A DNA stretch of 64,000 nt. Origin: Acholeplasmataceae bacterium. Its GTDB lineage: Bacteria > Bacillota_I > Bacilli_A > Acholeplasmatales > Acholeplasmataceae. The stretch lies in the NCBI GenBank assembly GCA_963667565.1, contig OY763415.1:32001-96000 (forward strand), written 5' to 3'. The number at the start of each line of letters is the position of its first letter. Position 1 is the first letter of the stretch. Shown in pieces: positions 42,052 through 54,777 of the stretch. The position numbers were made by a program, and so were the translations under genes. The notes beneath the pieces were generated by a model. The model ran no database searches. It saw only the letters and a list, made by a program, of their open reading frames with translations, and was not told where the DNA came from.

Positions 42052-45000
42052 ATGGGATATAGAAACGTCAAGTATGGTAAGAAAGCAGAACGCAGAAATT
42101 TTTCTAGAATGCGCTATGATATTGACTTACCAGACCTCATCGAAATTCAAACAAAATCTTTTAATTGGTTCATTGAAGAAGGTATTAAAGAATTACTCGA
42201 TGATATATCACCGATCGAAGGCCACAATGGTGATTTAAAATTATATTTTGAGGAACACTATTTATCTGAACCTAAGTATGACATTATTCAATCTAAATTA
42301 CGTGATGTTAATTACGCAAAACAATTATCAGCACGTGTGAAATTGGAAAATGCGATTACTGGAGAAGTTAGAGAAAATGTAGTGTTAATGTGTGAAATCC
42401 CTTTTATGACTCCATCAGGGACTTTTGTCATTAATGGAGCTGAACGTGTAGTTGTATCCCAAATTATCCGTTCTGCAGGTGCTTATTTTACGAGCGAATT
42501 AGATAAGAAATTAAACCGTATCAAATTCTCAGCTCAAGTGATCCCAACTCGTGGGGCATGGTTAGAATATGAATTAGGTTCTAAAGACATCATGTATGCG
42601 AAGTTGGACAGATCTAAAAAAGTTCCAATGACAACAATGATGCGTGCTTTAGGTTTCCAAAAGAAGAAAGACATTTATGATGTTTTTGGAAAATCTAAAT
42701 ATATTGACGCAACATTTGAAAAAGATGACTCTAAAAACTCAGATGAAGCCATCGTTGATTTATATTCAAAATTAAGACAAGGTGAAAAAGTTCCTGCAGA
42801 AGCTGCAAGAGAATTTATTCGTATGCGCTTATTTGAAACACGTCGTTACGACTTGGCTGCTGTAGGACGTTATAAATTTAACAAAAAACTTGATGTATTA
42901 ACTCGTATTGAAGGTCAATATACGGCTAAAGATATCATTGATCCAAATACTGGTGAAGTTTTAGTTGCTGAAAAGACTAAGATTACTAAAGACATCATTA
43001 AATTACTTAAAGATCATCGTGATGCACTTCGTACTGAAGTCATTGCAAAAGAAGATTCTTTACAAAATGAAACACCAGATGAAATCTTAGCGACTTATCT
43101 TCCAGATGGTGGCGATAAATTATACACGAAAGAAAACATCTTAAACTTACGTACAGGTGAAGTTTTAGTTGTTAAAAACACTGAAGTCAATGAAGAAGTG
43201 TTCTCAGTACTTAGAAAAAATAGATCTGCACTTGATGAAAAAGTAATTAAATATTTCTTTGGTGCTAAAGATGTTTTTGAAAAAGAAAAAGAACGTATGG
43301 GCGTTATTGTTGAAATGATCGAAGTCACAGTCAAAGATCCTGAAACTGAACGTATTTATCCTGTTAAAGTCTTAGGTAGTGACCAAAGAGAAACAAGAGA
43401 ATACATCACATTATCAGATGTCGTTGCATCTATGAGTTATTATTTAAACTTATATGATGGTCTTGGATCAACAGATGATATTGACCATTTAGGTAATCGT
43501 CGTTTAAGACTCATTGGCGAATTATTAAAAAATCAATTTAGAATTGGTATTGCAAGAGCTGAAAAGAACATTAAAGACAAAATGTCTACAACAACGTTTG
43601 CTGATGCAACACCTTCAAATATTATTAACATGACACCACTTGCTGGTGCCATAAAGACTTTCTTTGGAAGTTCTCAATTATCACAATTCATGGATCAAAT
43701 CAATCCACTTGCTGAATTAACGCAAAAACGTAGAGTATCAGCACTTGGTACAGGTGGTCTAGCTAGAGATAGAGCCGGTGTGGAAGTCCGTGACGTTCAC
43801 AACTCTCACTACGGTAGAATTTGTCCAATTGAAACACCTGAAGGTCCTTCAATTGGATTGATCTCATCACTTGCTACATATGGTAAGGTTGATCAATATG
43901 GGTTTATTCAAACACCATACTTAATTGTTGATCGTAGCTCAGGTAAACCTGTGGTTACAAATCAATTTAAATATTTAACTGCAGATGAAGAATATGATGA
44001 AGTCATTGCTTCAGCAGCAACTGAATTAGCAGAAGACGGTGAAATCACAGATGAAAAAGTCATCGGTCGTCATCGTGGTGAGACTTCGATGTTTGAAGTT
44101 GAAGAAGTTACATTTATGGACGTTTCTCCTAAACAAATCGTCTCAGTTGCGACTTCAACAATTCCATTCTTGGAACACGATGATGCATCACGTGCTTTAA
44201 TGGGCGCGAACATGCAACGTCAAGCAGTACCTCTACTTAAAACGGATTCTCCAATCGTTGGTACAGGTATCGAATATCGTGCAGCGAAAGACTCAGGTAG
44301 TACAGTAGTATCAGACGTAGAAGGTTTTGTTACTTTTACTGATGGTACGAAGATTACCATCACACCAAAGCCAGAAGAAAAAGTTATGGTTGGTAATAAC
44401 GTATTATTTGATCCAGCGAAACCATTTGATTATGAAAGTGCACGCACTTTAGAATCTTATGGTATGGGTAATAGTAAAACATTCCCACTAATTAACTTCT
44501 TTAGATCAAATCAAGATACACTTGTCCTTCAAAAACCAATTGTTGGTGAAGGTGAATATGTTGAAGTTGGAGACATCATTGCTGATGGTCCATCAACAGA
44601 TAAAGGTGAATTAGCATTAGGACGTAACGTCACTGTCGCATTCATGACATGGGAAGGTTACAACTATGAAGATGCTGTCATCATGTGTGAAGATTTAGTT
44701 AAAAATGACGTATATACATCCATTCATATCGATGAATATGAAATTGAAACAAGAGAATTAAAAACTGGTTCAGGTCGTGAAGAAATTACACGCGAAGTAC
44801 CAAATGCCGGATATGAAGCTTTAAAGAACTTAGATGAAAGAGGTATTGTCATCCCTGGATCTGAAGTAAAAGAAGGCGACATTTTAGTTGGTAAGATTAC
44901 ACCAAAAGGTGTATTTGAACCAAGTCCATCTGAAAAATTAATTCATGCCGTTATCGGTGAAAAATCAAGAGAATATAGAGATTCATCACTTAGAGTTCCT

Positions 45001-45879
45001 CATGGTGGTGGTGGGGTTGTTCAATCCATCCAATATTTCTCTAAAAAGAATGGTGATGTTCTTCCATCAGGCGTTAATGAATCTATTAGAGTTTACGTTG
45101 CTAAAAAACGTAAAATTTCTGAAGGGGATAAAATGGCTGGGCGTCATGGTAATAAAGGGGTTATCTCTAAAATATTACCAAGAGAAGATATGCCATACAT
45201 GGCTGATGGTACACCAGTAGATATCATGTTAAACCCACTTGGGGTTCCATCACGTATGAATATTGGACAAATTCTTGAAATCCATTTAGGTATGGCTGCT
45301 AAACGCTTAGGTGTTAAAGTTGCAACACCAGTATTTGATGGTGTTGATGATGAAGACTTAAAAGCAATCATGGCAGAAGCTGGATTAGATCCAGATGGCA
45401 AGACAACATTATATGATGGTCGCACAGGACAACCTTATGAAAATAGAATTTCAGTAGGTGTTATGTACATGATTAAGTTATCTCACATGGTTGATGATAA
45501 ACTTCATGCAAGATCTGTTGGACCATACACACTAGTTACACAACAACCAATGGGTGGTAAAGCTCAAAATGGTGGTCAACGTTTCGGGGAAATGGAAGTT
45601 TGGGCATTATATGCTTATGGTGCTGCACATACATTACAAGAAATGTTAACTGTTAAATCTGATGATATGCTTGGTAGAAATAAAGTTTATAGTGCGATTA
45701 CGCATGGTAAAGGTATTCCAGAAGCAGGTATTCCAGAATCATTTAGAGTATTAACCAAAGAATTACAAGCCCTTGGTCTATATGTAGAATTAATCGATGC
45801 TGAGACCGGCGAAAACGAAACTGAGAAATCATTAGTCGATCAATATGCAAGTAAATATCAAAAAGGAGGGTTTCGTTAA
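42052..45879 (+). CDS. rpoB: RNA polymerase beta subunit
   Basis: [40 protein letters not shown]. Confidence 0.99.
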   Translation: MGYRNVKYGKKAERRNFSRMRYDIDLPDLIEIQTKSFNWFIEEGIKELLDDISPIEGHNGDLKLYFEEHYLSEPKYDIIQSKLRDVNYAKQLSARVKLENAITGEVRENVVLMCEIPFMTPSGTFVINGAERVVVSQIIRSAGAYFTSELDKKLNRIKFSAQVIPTRGAWLEYELGSKDIMYAKLDRSKKVPMTTMMRALGFQKKKDIYDVFGKSKYIDATFEKDDSKNSDEAIVDLYSKLRQGEKVPAEAAREFIRMRLFETRRYDLAAVGRYKFNKKLDVLTRIEGQYTAKDIIDPNTGEVLVAEKTKITKDIIKLLKDHRDALRTEVIAKEDSLQNETPDEILATYLPDGGDKLYTKENILNLRTGEVLVVKNTEVNEEVFSVLRKNRSALDEKVIKYFFGAKDVFEKEKERMGVIVEMIEVTVKDPETERIYPVKVLGSDQRETREYITLSDVVASMSYYLNLYDGLGSTDDIDHLGNRRLRLIGELLKNQFRIGIARAEKNIKDKMSTTTFADATPSNIINMTPLAGAIKTFFGSSQLSQFMDQINPLAELTQKRRVSALGTGGLARDRAGVEVRDVHNSHYGRICPIETPEGPSIGLISSLATYGKVDQYGFIQTPYLIVDRSSGKPVVTNQFKYLTADEEYDEVIASAATELAEDGEITDEKVIGRHRGETSMFEVEEVTFMDVSPKQIVSVATSTIPFLEHDDASRALMGANMQRQAVPLLKTDSPIVGTGIEYRAAKDSGSTVVSDVEGFVTFTDGTKITITPKPEEKVMVGNNVLFDPAKPFDYESARTLESYGMGNSKTFPLINFFRSNQDTLVLQKPIVGEGEYVEVGDIIADGPSTDKGELALGRNVTVAFMTWEGYNYEDAVIMCEDLVKNDVYTSIHIDEYEIETRELKTGSGREEITREVPNAGYEALKNLDERGIVIPGSEVKEGDILVGKITPKGVFEPSPSEKLIHAVIGEKSREYRDSSLRVPHGGGGVVQSIQYFSKKNGDVLPSGVNESIRVYVAKKRKISEGDKMAGRHGNKGVISKILPREDMPYMADGTPVDIMLNPLGVPSRMNIGQILEIHLGMAAKRLGVKVATPVFDGVDDEDLKAIMAEAGLDPDGKTTLYDGRTGQPYENRISVGVMYMIKLSHMVDDKLHARSVGPYTLVTQQPMGGKAQNGGQRFGEMEVWALYAYGAAHTLQEMLTVKSDDMLGRNKVYSAITHGKGIPEAGIPESFRVLTKELQALGLYVELIDAETGENETEKSLVDQYASKYQKGGFR

Positions 45880-48800
45880 TGGCTAAAGAAAAATTAACAC
45901 TTCGTGTTGAATCTTTAAAATTATCAGATGATGCATTAAATCAATTGAAACTCTCTGGTATTGATCAATTAGAAGATTTTAACACATTTAATTTAAAAGA
46001 ATTACAAATGTTATTATCTTCAAGCTTTGATGAAATCAAATCAGTTTTAAGACGTTATGCATTACCTAGACCACTAGAAAACATTGGTTTAAGCAGTGAA
46101 GTTATTGACGTATTAAACGAACATGGTATGCATGATTTGGTTGAATTTTTAGAATATGACCGTCATAGCTTATATCACTTATTTGAAGAAGATGAATTCT
46201 TAAGACAAGAAGTGAATCAAGCATTAGAATTTTATGGTTTTGATGCACTAAAAGAACATGCACATCATGAGTTAGAAACAGAAGATATCCCAGCAGAACT
46301 TGTTGCTCATGTTGAAGTTGAACATGCACTAGATATGGATTTATCAGATCGTATCCATCGTGAAATTCCTGCAGTTCGAAAAGGTTATGGTAGTCGAACA
46401 TTCTCACATTTTAAAATTCGTCTTGCATCACCTGATGAAATCAGACAATGGTCATATGGTGAAGTTAAAACACATGAAACAATCAACTACAGAACTTCTA
46501 AACCTGAAGTTGGTGGATTATTCTGTGAAAGAATTTTTGGTCCTACAAGAGATTACCAATGTGCTTGTGGTAAAAAACAAAGCGGTAATAAAGGCCAAAT
46601 CTGTCAAAAATGTGGTATTGAAATCACTGAATCAAAAGTACGTAGAGAACGTATGGGACATATTGAGTTAGAAGCACCAGTTGTTCATACTTGGTACTTA
46701 AAAAACTCACCTTCTAGACTTGCCATCCTTTTAGGTATTAAAGCGAAAGCATTAGAAGAAGTTGTTTACCATGCATCATATATCGTGACGGATCCAGGAT
46801 CTGCACCACTTGCTAAAAAACAAATCTTATCTGAACAAGATTATTCTATGTTAACTGAAAAATATTGGAACAAGTTCACTGCCTTAACAGGTGCTGAAGC
46901 GGTTAAAAAATTGTTACAAGAACTTGATTTAGATAAAGAAGTTAAATCATTACGTAAAAAGTTAAAAACATCATCTAAACAAAAACGTGATCGCATCATA
47001 AAACGTTTAGAAGTTGTTGAAGCATTCAATAATTCTGATAACAAACCAGAATGGATGGTTATGGATGTCATTCCTGTCATTCCACCAGATTTAAGACCCA
47101 TGGTTGCACTAGATGGTGGCCGTTTTGCGACAACTGACTTAAATGACTTATACCGTCGTATTTTAAATCGTAACAATCGTTTAAAGAAACAAAAAGAACA
47201 AATGGCTCCAAGATTAATTACTAAGAATGAAAAACGTATGTTACAAGAAGCTGTGGATGCATTATTTGATAATGCGAAACGTGGTAAAAAAGCAGCAGTA
47301 GAAAGAAACCGTCATTTAAAATCATTATCTGATATGTTACGTGGTAAACAAGGACGTTTCAGACAAAACTTACTTGGTAAACGTGTTGACTACTCAGGTC
47401 GTTCAGTTATTATTGTTGGACCAGACTTACAAATGTATCAATGTGGTATCCCAAGAGAAATGGCGATTACATTATTTAAACCATTCGTTTTAAGAGAATT
47501 ACAAAGATTATCTGGAAATGAATCTAGTTCAAAGAAAAATGCAAACGCTAAATACGAAAAGATGGACGATGATGTTTGGGCAGCTTTAGAAAAAGTGGTA
47601 AGAGAACATCCAGTGTTATTAAACCGTGCACCTACATTACATAGATTAGGTATTCAAGCATTTGAACCTAAATTAATTGATGGTAAAGCGATTCGTCTTC
47701 ACCCACTTGTTACACCAGCGTTTAACGCTGACTTTGACGGTGACCAAATGGCTGTTCACGTGCCTCTATCAAATGAAGCACAAGCAGAAGCAAGACTTTT
47801 AATGTTAGCTTCTAACAACATCTTAAATCCAAAAGATGGTAAACCAGTTGTTACACCTTCACAAGATATGGTTTTAGGTAACTATTACTTAACGATTGAA
47901 GAAAAACGTGATAAACAATTTCATGGTTATCGCAGTGAAATTCGTTTAGAAGAACATTTAAATAAACATCGTAACGAAGGACATTTCTTCTTTGATTTTG
48001 ATGAAGCACAACTTGCCTATGATCACCAAGAAATTGGTCTTCATACAAGAATCTTAATTGATCCAAATAGTATCAATCAAGAATTTAGTGAAACTCAAAA
48101 GAATAGTTATTTAGTCACAACTTTAGGTAAACTTATATTTAATAGAATTTTACCTGAATCATTCCCATATTTAAATGAACCAACAGCGCAAAACTTAGAA
48201 GTTGCTACACCTGATAAGTACTTTATGCCTAAAGGGACAAACCCTAAAGAATTTTTAGAAAAATTAGATGTACCTTCACCATTTAAGAAGAAATTCTTAT
48301 CACAAATCATTGCTCAAGTCTTTAAACAATTACACATCTCAGAAACATCTAAGATGTTAGATAGATTAAAAGACTTAGGATTTAAATATTCAACCGTTGC
48401 TGGTATTACAGTTTCATTTGCTGATATCAATGTATACTCAGGTAAACATGATCGTATCGAAAAAGCGAATGAAAAAATTGATCAAATCAACAGTTGGTAT
48501 GATGAAGGTTGGTTAACTGACCAAGAGCGTAAAGATCTTGTTATTAAAGAATGGCAAGTTGCCAGAGACGATATCCAAACAGGCTTAATGGCTGAGTTTG
48601 ATAAAGATAACAACATCTATATGATGAGTGACTCTGGAGCGCGTGGTAACGCATCAAACTTCTCACAATTAGCAGGTATGCGTGGACTTATGAATAACCC
48701 TAAAGGGGATATTATTGAAGTTCCAGTACAAGCGTCATTTAGAGAAGGCTTAACAGTATCTGAATTCTTTATCTCAACGCATGGTGCGAGAAAAGGTTCT

Positions 48801-50063
48801 ACCGATACAGCGCTTAAAACCGCTGAATCAGGCTATTTAACAAGAAGACTTGTAGACGTTTCACAAGATGTGATTGTTGTTGAAGAAGATTGTGGTACTG
48901 AACGTGGTGTCATAATGAAATCTGTTGTTGAAGATGGTACAAAAGAAATTGTTCCATTATATGATAGAATTGTTGGACGCTTTGCATCAAAAGATGTTAT
49001 AAATCCAAAAACTAAAGAAGTGTATGCAAAGAGAAATGATTTAATCACTGAAGAAATGGGTGCGAAAATCATTGATGCAGGCATTACTGAAGTTGAAATT
49101 AGAAGTAATTTAACATGTAATTCTGATAATGGTGTTTGTGCGAAATGTTATGGTAGAAACCTAGCAACAAACACAAGAGTTGAAGTTGGTGAAGCTGTAG
49201 GGGTTGTCGCTGCACAATCTATTGGTGAACCAGGTACTCAGTTAACCATGAGAACATTCCACACCGGTGGGGTTGCTTCTGCATCAGATATTACACAAGG
49301 TCTTCCACGTATTCAAGAGCTTTTCGAAGCTAGAAACCCTAAAGGTAAAGCGGTGTTAACTGAAGTTGATGGTAAAGTCAAATCAGTTGATCGTCAACGT
49401 GGTGGATTATCAGTTGTTACCATTACTGACAATGATGAAAAAGAATATAAATACACGATTGATGCGAATGTCGAATCATTAGTGAGAAAAGGTTCTGCTG
49501 TTAAAGCTGGTCAAAGATTAACAATGGGTTCTATCAATCCAAAAGAATTGTTAAGAATTGTCTCTGTAGATGCTGCTGAAACATATATTCTTGAAGAAGT
49601 TCAAAAAGTTTATCGTGCACAAGGTGTAGAAATTTCAGATAAACATATCGAATTAATTATTCGTCAAATGTTAAGACGTATTACTGTCATCACAGAAGGA
49701 GAAACTGAGTTATTACCAGGTACTGAGGTATCAGTTTCAGAATTCAAACGTGAAAACATGAAAGCTTTCAAAGCTGGTAAACGTCCAGCAGTAGGTCGTC
49801 CAATCTTATTAGGTATTACAAGAGCATCACTAAGAAGTGATTCATTCTTATCTGCAGCATCATTCCAAGAAACAACTAGAATCTTAACGGATGCAGCAAT
49901 TAGAGGTAAAGTTGATGAATTACATGGCTTAAAAGAAAATGTTATCATCGGTGGATTAATTCCAGCTGGTACAGGTATTTTAAGAGATACACATTTTGCT
50001 TATGATCGTTCTAATGCTTATAGTGAAGAAGATGATGATCAAATGGAAGATTACGGATTCTAA
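45879..50063 (+). CDS. rpoC: RNA polymerase beta' subunit with ~170-aa N-terminal extension
   Basis: [39 protein letters not shown]. Confidence 0.99.
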   Translation: MAKEKLTLRVESLKLSDDALNQLKLSGIDQLEDFNTFNLKELQMLLSSSFDEIKSVLRRYALPRPLENIGLSSEVIDVLNEHGMHDLVEFLEYDRHSLYHLFEEDEFLRQEVNQALEFYGFDALKEHAHHELETEDIPAELVAHVEVEHALDMDLSDRIHREIPAVRKGYGSRTFSHFKIRLASPDEIRQWSYGEVKTHETINYRTSKPEVGGLFCERIFGPTRDYQCACGKKQSGNKGQICQKCGIEITESKVRRERMGHIELEAPVVHTWYLKNSPSRLAILLGIKAKALEEVVYHASYIVTDPGSAPLAKKQILSEQDYSMLTEKYWNKFTALTGAEAVKKLLQELDLDKEVKSLRKKLKTSSKQKRDRIIKRLEVVEAFNNSDNKPEWMVMDVIPVIPPDLRPMVALDGGRFATTDLNDLYRRILNRNNRLKKQKEQMAPRLITKNEKRMLQEAVDALFDNAKRGKKAAVERNRHLKSLSDMLRGKQGRFRQNLLGKRVDYSGRSVIIVGPDLQMYQCGIPREMAITLFKPFVLRELQRLSGNESSSKKNANAKYEKMDDDVWAALEKVVREHPVLLNRAPTLHRLGIQAFEPKLIDGKAIRLHPLVTPAFNADFDGDQMAVHVPLSNEAQAEARLLMLASNNILNPKDGKPVVTPSQDMVLGNYYLTIEEKRDKQFHGYRSEIRLEEHLNKHRNEGHFFFDFDEAQLAYDHQEIGLHTRILIDPNSINQEFSETQKNSYLVTTLGKLIFNRILPESFPYLNEPTAQNLEVATPDKYFMPKGTNPKEFLEKLDVPSPFKKKFLSQIIAQVFKQLHISETSKMLDRLKDLGFKYSTVAGITVSFADINVYSGKHDRIEKANEKIDQINSWYDEGWLTDQERKDLVIKEWQVARDDIQTGLMAEFDKDNNIYMMSDSGARGNASNFSQLAGMRGLMNNPKGDIIEVPVQASFREGLTVSEFFISTHGARKGSTDTALKTAESGYLTRRLVDVSQDVIVVEEDCGTERGVIMKSVVEDGTKEIVPLYDRIVGRFASKDVINPKTKEVYAKRNDLITEEMGAKIIDAGITEVEIRSNLTCNSDNGVCAKCYGRNLATNTRVEVGEAVGVVAAQSIGEPGTQLTMRTFHTGGVASASDITQGLPRIQELFEARNPKGKAVLTEVDGKVKSVDRQRGGLSVVTITDNDEKEYKYTIDANVESLVRKGSAVKAGQRLTMGSINPKELLRIVSVDAAETYILEEVQKVYRAQGVEISDKHIELIIRQMLRRITVITEGETELLPGTEVSVSEFKRENMKAFKAGKRPAVGRPILLGITRASLRSDSFLSAASFQETTRILTDAAIRGKVDELHGLKENVIIGGLIPAGTGILRDTHFAYDRSNAYSEEDDDQMEDYGF

Positions 50064-50074
50064 TTAAATCAGTA

Positions 50075-50103
50075 AAGCACCTTCAATTGAAGGTGCTTTT
50101 TTT
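50075..50103 (+). terminator. Terminator after rpoC
   Basis: aaagcaccttc-aatt-gaaggtgcttt followed by T run. Confidence 0.9.
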
Positions 50104-50177
50104 ATTTGACAATCTATAATGATGAGACTATAATAACAAGTAAATATACAATGAAAATATCTTTTGGGAGGGACACT

Positions 50178-50468
50178 ATGAAGAAAAAGAAGAAGGTTTT
50201 TATTATTTTAGGCACAATGATTCTCGTGTTTTTTTCAATGTTTCTTACTGATTATATAAGAGTAAAAAATGTAGCAGCACCTATATTTGCCATTCGAATA
50301 TCTGATGATAATACGAATGATAAAGTTTATTTAGGGATGTTATACTTTGTTCAATATCATCAAGAATACCAAAGTGTATCACCAGAAGATCCACCAGCTG
50401 ATGATATAATAATTGTGACTTATGAAATATATCCTTGGTGGGATAAACTAGATCATCCATGGCCATAA
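50178..50468 (+). CDS. Small membrane-anchored hypothetical protein
   Basis: GGAGG RBS, basic N-terminus + TM, 'TDYIRV...PIF...YLG'. Confidence 0.65.
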   Translation: MKKKKKVFIILGTMILVFFSMFLTDYIRVKNVAAPIFAIRISDDNTNDKVYLGMLYFVQYHQEYQSVSPEDPPADDIIIVTYEIYPWWDKLDHPWP

Positions 50469-50592
50469 AATAAATGCTAGCAAGAAAAAGACTACTTGAC
50501 AATGATATGTATAAAACAAGCTAAAAAATAGTAATATCCTTTATCAGATGTCACATTCGTGTTATGCTATCTTTATATAAAGGAGATTTATC

Positions 50593-51543
50593 ATGGCAGA
50601 TTTCTTTTTACACGCACAACTTATTGAAGATATTTATAACGCACATCAAACCTATAAGCACTTAGAAGTTGCTAAAATAGGTGCTCAAGGTCCTGATCCT
50701 TTTTATTATGTCATAAAAAAGGGGATATCTGCATCATCACATATGCTTGCAGATTTAATGCATGATGAAAAAATCAATGATTTTTTAATTGCGCTTACAG
50801 ATGAAGTGAAAACACAAAATGATGAACTATTAAAAGCATATCTCATCGGTTTTATAACACACTTTATATTAGATGTGAATATTCATCCATATATCTATTA
50901 TTTCACTGGTGAATATATCGAAAGTGAACTTAAAACACATATATATAGAGGATATCATTTAAGATTTGAACGTAGCGTCGATATTTCATATATTAGACAT
51001 AGATATCAAAAAAATCCAATTGATTTTCATTTAAGAAAAAGAATTGTACCATTAAAAGAAGTTCCAAATCAAATTTTAGAACTTCACAAAAATGTTGCAT
51101 TAAAGATCTATGACCAAAAACATGCTGATATGAAATTCGATTCTGGATATCATACGATGAGAGTATTGCTTAAACTCTTCATCAAAGATGTTACAGGATT
51201 AAAAAAAGTAGTGTTATCGATTGCTGATATGTTTTCAAAAACTTCCCCTATTTTCCTAAAAGATTATCCATATCACAAAAAAGATAGATCATATGATTAT
51301 TTAAATTTAAGTCATCATCCGTGGCATCATCCAATCACAAACGAGACATATACATTAAGTGTTCTAGATATTTATGATCAAGCGTATAAAGAAGCAGATG
51401 ACACCATCAAAGAAGTGCTTGCATATTTAGATGGTAAAGATGTTGATCTTAAACGTCTATTTAAAAATAGGTCGTTTAATTCAGGATTTGACACATCAAA
51501 AGAAAGAACGATGAAATACTTTAAGTTATTTGACAAAAAATAA
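50593..51543 (+). CDS. Zinc-dependent phospholipase C family protein
   Basis: N-terminal H, GAQGPDPFYY, MH, GFITHFILD..IHPYI, HLRFE. Confidence 0.78.
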   Translation: MADFFLHAQLIEDIYNAHQTYKHLEVAKIGAQGPDPFYYVIKKGISASSHMLADLMHDEKINDFLIALTDEVKTQNDELLKAYLIGFITHFILDVNIHPYIYYFTGEYIESELKTHIYRGYHLRFERSVDISYIRHRYQKNPIDFHLRKRIVPLKEVPNQILELHKNVALKIYDQKHADMKFDSGYHTMRVLLKLFIKDVTGLKKVVLSIADMFSKTSPIFLKDYPYHKKDRSYDYLNLSHHPWHHPITNETYTLSVLDIYDQAYKEADDTIKEVLAYLDGKDVDLKRLFKNRSFNSGFDTSKERTMKYFKLFDKK

Positions 51544-51590
51544 AGCATTCAAATGAATGCTTTTTGTTTGTAGTTATATAATTTTTTTTA

Positions 51591-52847
51591 TTAAGTTAGT
51601 TCTTTTTGTTTTGGATGTACAAAGAATAATAAGATTGCACTTAGTATCAATGGTGCTACCAAAGTTAAGACTGCATTGTTAATGCCAATGGATGTGATAA
51701 ATATACCTAATAAGAAAGGACTAAATATACCTGAAAATCTACCGAATACACTAAAGAATCCAAAGAATTCATTAGCTTTATCTTTTGGAAGCATTTTTGC
51801 AAAGTAGCTTCTAGAAATGGATTGAATACCACCTTGAGCACTACCGACTAAAACACCAACGACCCACATGAGATATGTGGTTTCTTCATGTATAAATGAT
51901 GTGATCACAATGGTGATGATGTAGATGATAATGCCATAATAAATCATGACTTTACCGCCAAATTTATCAGCTAGTCTACCATAAATAATGGCACTTGGGA
52001 ATGCGACTAATTGAACAAGAACAACGACACCTAATAAGACAGAAACACCAACTTCAAGTTCAGTACCTATGGTTGTTGCTAAACGAATGACTGTGTTAAC
52101 GACATCGTTATAGAAAAGATAAGCAATCATGAAAATAAAGATTGAGCGATATTTTCTAACATGAGAGAATGTTTGACCTAAACTCTTAAATGCATCTTTA
52201 ATAGGTGTAGGTGATTTTTCAAGATTATATGTTTGTTCAACATCTTTAAGTAGTGGAAGAGAATAATAAAACCACCAAATGAGTGCGACAACAAATGCAA
52301 ATGCAACTGTTATGTATTCATAACTTGCATCTAAAATACCAAAAGTGACTAAAGCATAAGGTATAATAGCAACCGCAAATGGAATCATGGATCCGATATA
52401 TCCCCATGCATATCCTTTTGAACTTACCTCATCCATGCGATCTTCTGTTGTCACATCCATTAAAAATGCATCATAGATCACATTAGTTAATGAATAACCA
52501 ATACTTGAGATAATAAAGAATGCAAGAAGTGACACAACTTCTAATCCTGGAATGACCAGTCCTAATCCACCAACAAGTCCTAAGACTAAAAAGATTTTAA
52601 AGAATTTCATCTTATGACCACGGTAATTAGATAAAGCACCGATAATCGGTGATATTAACGCAACCGTAAGTGCGATACCTGCAGTAACAAATGCGAAGAT
52701 TTGAGTGCGGTTTTCTACATTAGCAGCAATGCTTTGATAATAAATAGGGAATAATACAGTAATAATTGTTAAGATGTATGCTGAATTGGCAATGTCATAT
52801 AATACCCAGCTACGTTCTTTTTTTGATAAACCTTTAAGTTTAAACAT
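51591..52847 (-). CDS. MFS transporter (UMF1/ATG22-like)
   Basis: WVLYDIANSAY, SSKGYAWGYIG, QSISRSYF, EFFGFF. Confidence 0.88.
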   Translation of the reverse strand: MFKLKGLSKKERSWVLYDIANSAYILTIITVLFPIYYQSIAANVENRTQIFAFVTAGIALTVALISPIIGALSNYRGHKMKFFKIFLVLGLVGGLGLVIPGLEVVSLLAFFIISSIGYSLTNVIYDAFLMDVTTEDRMDEVSSKGYAWGYIGSMIPFAVAIIPYALVTFGILDASYEYITVAFAFVVALIWWFYYSLPLLKDVEQTYNLEKSPTPIKDAFKSLGQTFSHVRKYRSIFIFMIAYLFYNDVVNTVIRLATTIGTELEVGVSVLLGVVVLVQLVAFPSAIIYGRLADKFGGKVMIYYGIIIYIITIVITSFIHEETTYLMWVVGVLVGSAQGGIQSISRSYFAKMLPKDKANEFFGFFSVFGRFSGIFSPFLLGIFITSIGINNAVLTLVAPLILSAILLFFVHPKQKELT

Positions 52848-52933
52848 GAATTTCTCCTTATGAGATATATTTTTTATAAGTTCATTATAAGTGATTCAAA
52901 GCGTGTTACATGATAAGTTTTCAAACAATTTAC

Positions 52934-53683
52934 TTAAGCACTAAGTAGTGCTTTTTGTTTTCTATATCTTCTAAAGTCTCTAATGAAAAATGGAATATAG
53001 AAAAGATGGAAGAAGATGGGAATACCAAAGATAAGTAAGTTTAACACGTACCATGGCCATTCACCAAATAAATCAAATGCAGTACCTTCACCAGGTTTAC
53101 CCATTAAATATAAATAATTTCCACCTGTAACTAAATTAACTAAAAACATGACAGCTGCAATACCTACTAATGCGATAAAGTTATTTAAGAGTAAACGATA
53201 TCTCATATTTTTTTGGAAATTATAAACAAAAAGTAAGACAGTAAAATTAATTAAAATCATGCCATGTGAAAAGAAGAATTGAAAATAACGATAATGAGGA
53301 AACCCTAAATTCTCTTCAATTGCTGGTGTTAAAATAGCCATAGTTGCACCAATCATCATGATAAAGAAAACATTTTGAAATACTTTTTCGTTTTTGGTGA
53401 TAAGGAGGTAAGCAGAAGTTAAAACACCAAGACCACACAATTGTAATGGAAGTGATGTAGCAATTTCCCATTGTCCTAAAACAATTCTATAAATGTTTAA
53501 TGACAATTCTTGACCAAGTGTTAAACCTGCCAAGATGTAAGTGAATAAAGTTAAATGTTTCCACGATCTAAGTTTGTCTTTATAAAATATAATTAAGAAA
53601 ATAAAAAAGAAAACAACTAATACAGGAATCAAATGATAAATCGTGTAAGATTGGAACGTATTAGCAAGTGATGGATCAAACAT
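52934..53683 (-). CDS. YwaF/TIGR02206 (TMEM164-like) membrane protein
   Basis: SLPLQLC, FPHYRYFQFFFSHG, GNYLYL..KP, WPWY. Confidence 0.8.
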   Translation of the reverse strand: MFDPSLANTFQSYTIYHLIPVLVVFFFIFLIIFYKDKLRSWKHLTLFTYILAGLTLGQELSLNIYRIVLGQWEIATSLPLQLCGLGVLTSAYLLITKNEKVFQNVFFIMMIGATMAILTPAIEENLGFPHYRYFQFFFSHGMILINFTVLLFVYNFQKNMRYRLLLNNFIALVGIAAVMFLVNLVTGGNYLYLMGKPGEGTAFDLFGEWPWYVLNLLIFGIPIFFHLFYIPFFIRDFRRYRKQKALLSA

Positions 53684-53895
53684 GATATTCTCCTTTAGTT
53701 TGAAGTTAAAAGCATTTGATTCAATTATAAAGGAAAGTAAATTAAAAAACAATCACTGATATGATTTTATCCATAAATGTAGATAAAACGATACGTATAA
53801 AGATATACTTTTAAATTACATTTAAAAAAGTAAATCATCATAAAAAGAGGCTATCGTGTTATAATGATTGATGAAAAGACGAAAGGATTTAAGTT

Positions 53896-54777
53896 ATGAA
53901 AAAAGTTATTGTTGTTGGTGGTGCGGTGATTGATATCTTTGCACAACCCAAAGATAAATTTATTATGCACGATTCTAATCCAGGATACTTAAAAAAATCA
54001 TTAGGTGGTGTGGCAAGAAATATTGCAGAAAATCTTGCAAGATTAGATATTGATACAACCCTAATTACTGTGATTGGTAAAGATGATGGTAAAAAATTGA
54101 TTATGCAAAATGCACAAGAAGTGATGCTAAAATTATCTTCAGTACCTGTTCATCAAACACCTACATATCTATCAATCTTAGATGATCAAAACGATATGGT
54201 AGCTGCGATCGCAGATATGGATGAAATTGAATTACTATCAAAAGATGATATTAAAAAAAGAGATGTGATCTTTCAAAATTCTGATTACATTGTTTTAGAT
54301 ACTAATCTTAAAAAAGAGACGATTGAACATATTTTAAAAACATATCAACATAAAGAAATTTATGTTGATGTGATATCATGTCAAAAGGCAGAAAAAATTA
54401 AATCGTTATACCGTTATATTTATGGTATTAAATTAAACTTATTAGAAGCAAAATATTTAAGTGGAATGGATAAAGAAGATATACAAACCATTGCTAAATA
54501 TTTTATTGCTCAAGGCGTCAAAGAAGTCTATATTACTTTAGGCAAAGATGGATCACTTTATATGAGTAAAAATCAAATGATCAAATCCATGTCTCATAAA
54601 GTTGAAGTGTCGAATACAGCAGGTGCAGGAGATGCATTTTTAGCAGGTGTTATATACGCTAAAGTTAAAGGTTATGATCCTGTGATTTATGCACAAAAAG
54701 CTGCTATTTTAACACTTAAATCAGAAAAAGCTGTGAGTGAACTTATGAATGTGAAAAATTTGGAGGATACAAAATGA
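53896..54777 (+). CDS. psuK: PfkB-family kinase, probable pseudouridine kinase
   Basis: DSNPG, GGVARNIAENLARL, AGAGDAF; overlaps psuG. Confidence 0.85.
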   Translation: MKKVIVVGGAVIDIFAQPKDKFIMHDSNPGYLKKSLGGVARNIAENLARLDIDTTLITVIGKDDGKKLIMQNAQEVMLKLSSVPVHQTPTYLSILDDQNDMVAAIADMDEIELLSKDDIKKRDVIFQNSDYIVLDTNLKKETIEHILKTYQHKEIYVDVISCQKAEKIKSLYRYIYGIKLNLLEAKYLSGMDKEDIQTIAKYFIAQGVKEVYITLGKDGSLYMSKNQMIKSMSHKVEVSNTAGAGDAFLAGVIYAKVKGYDPVIYAQKAAILTLKSEKAVSELMNVKNLEDTK

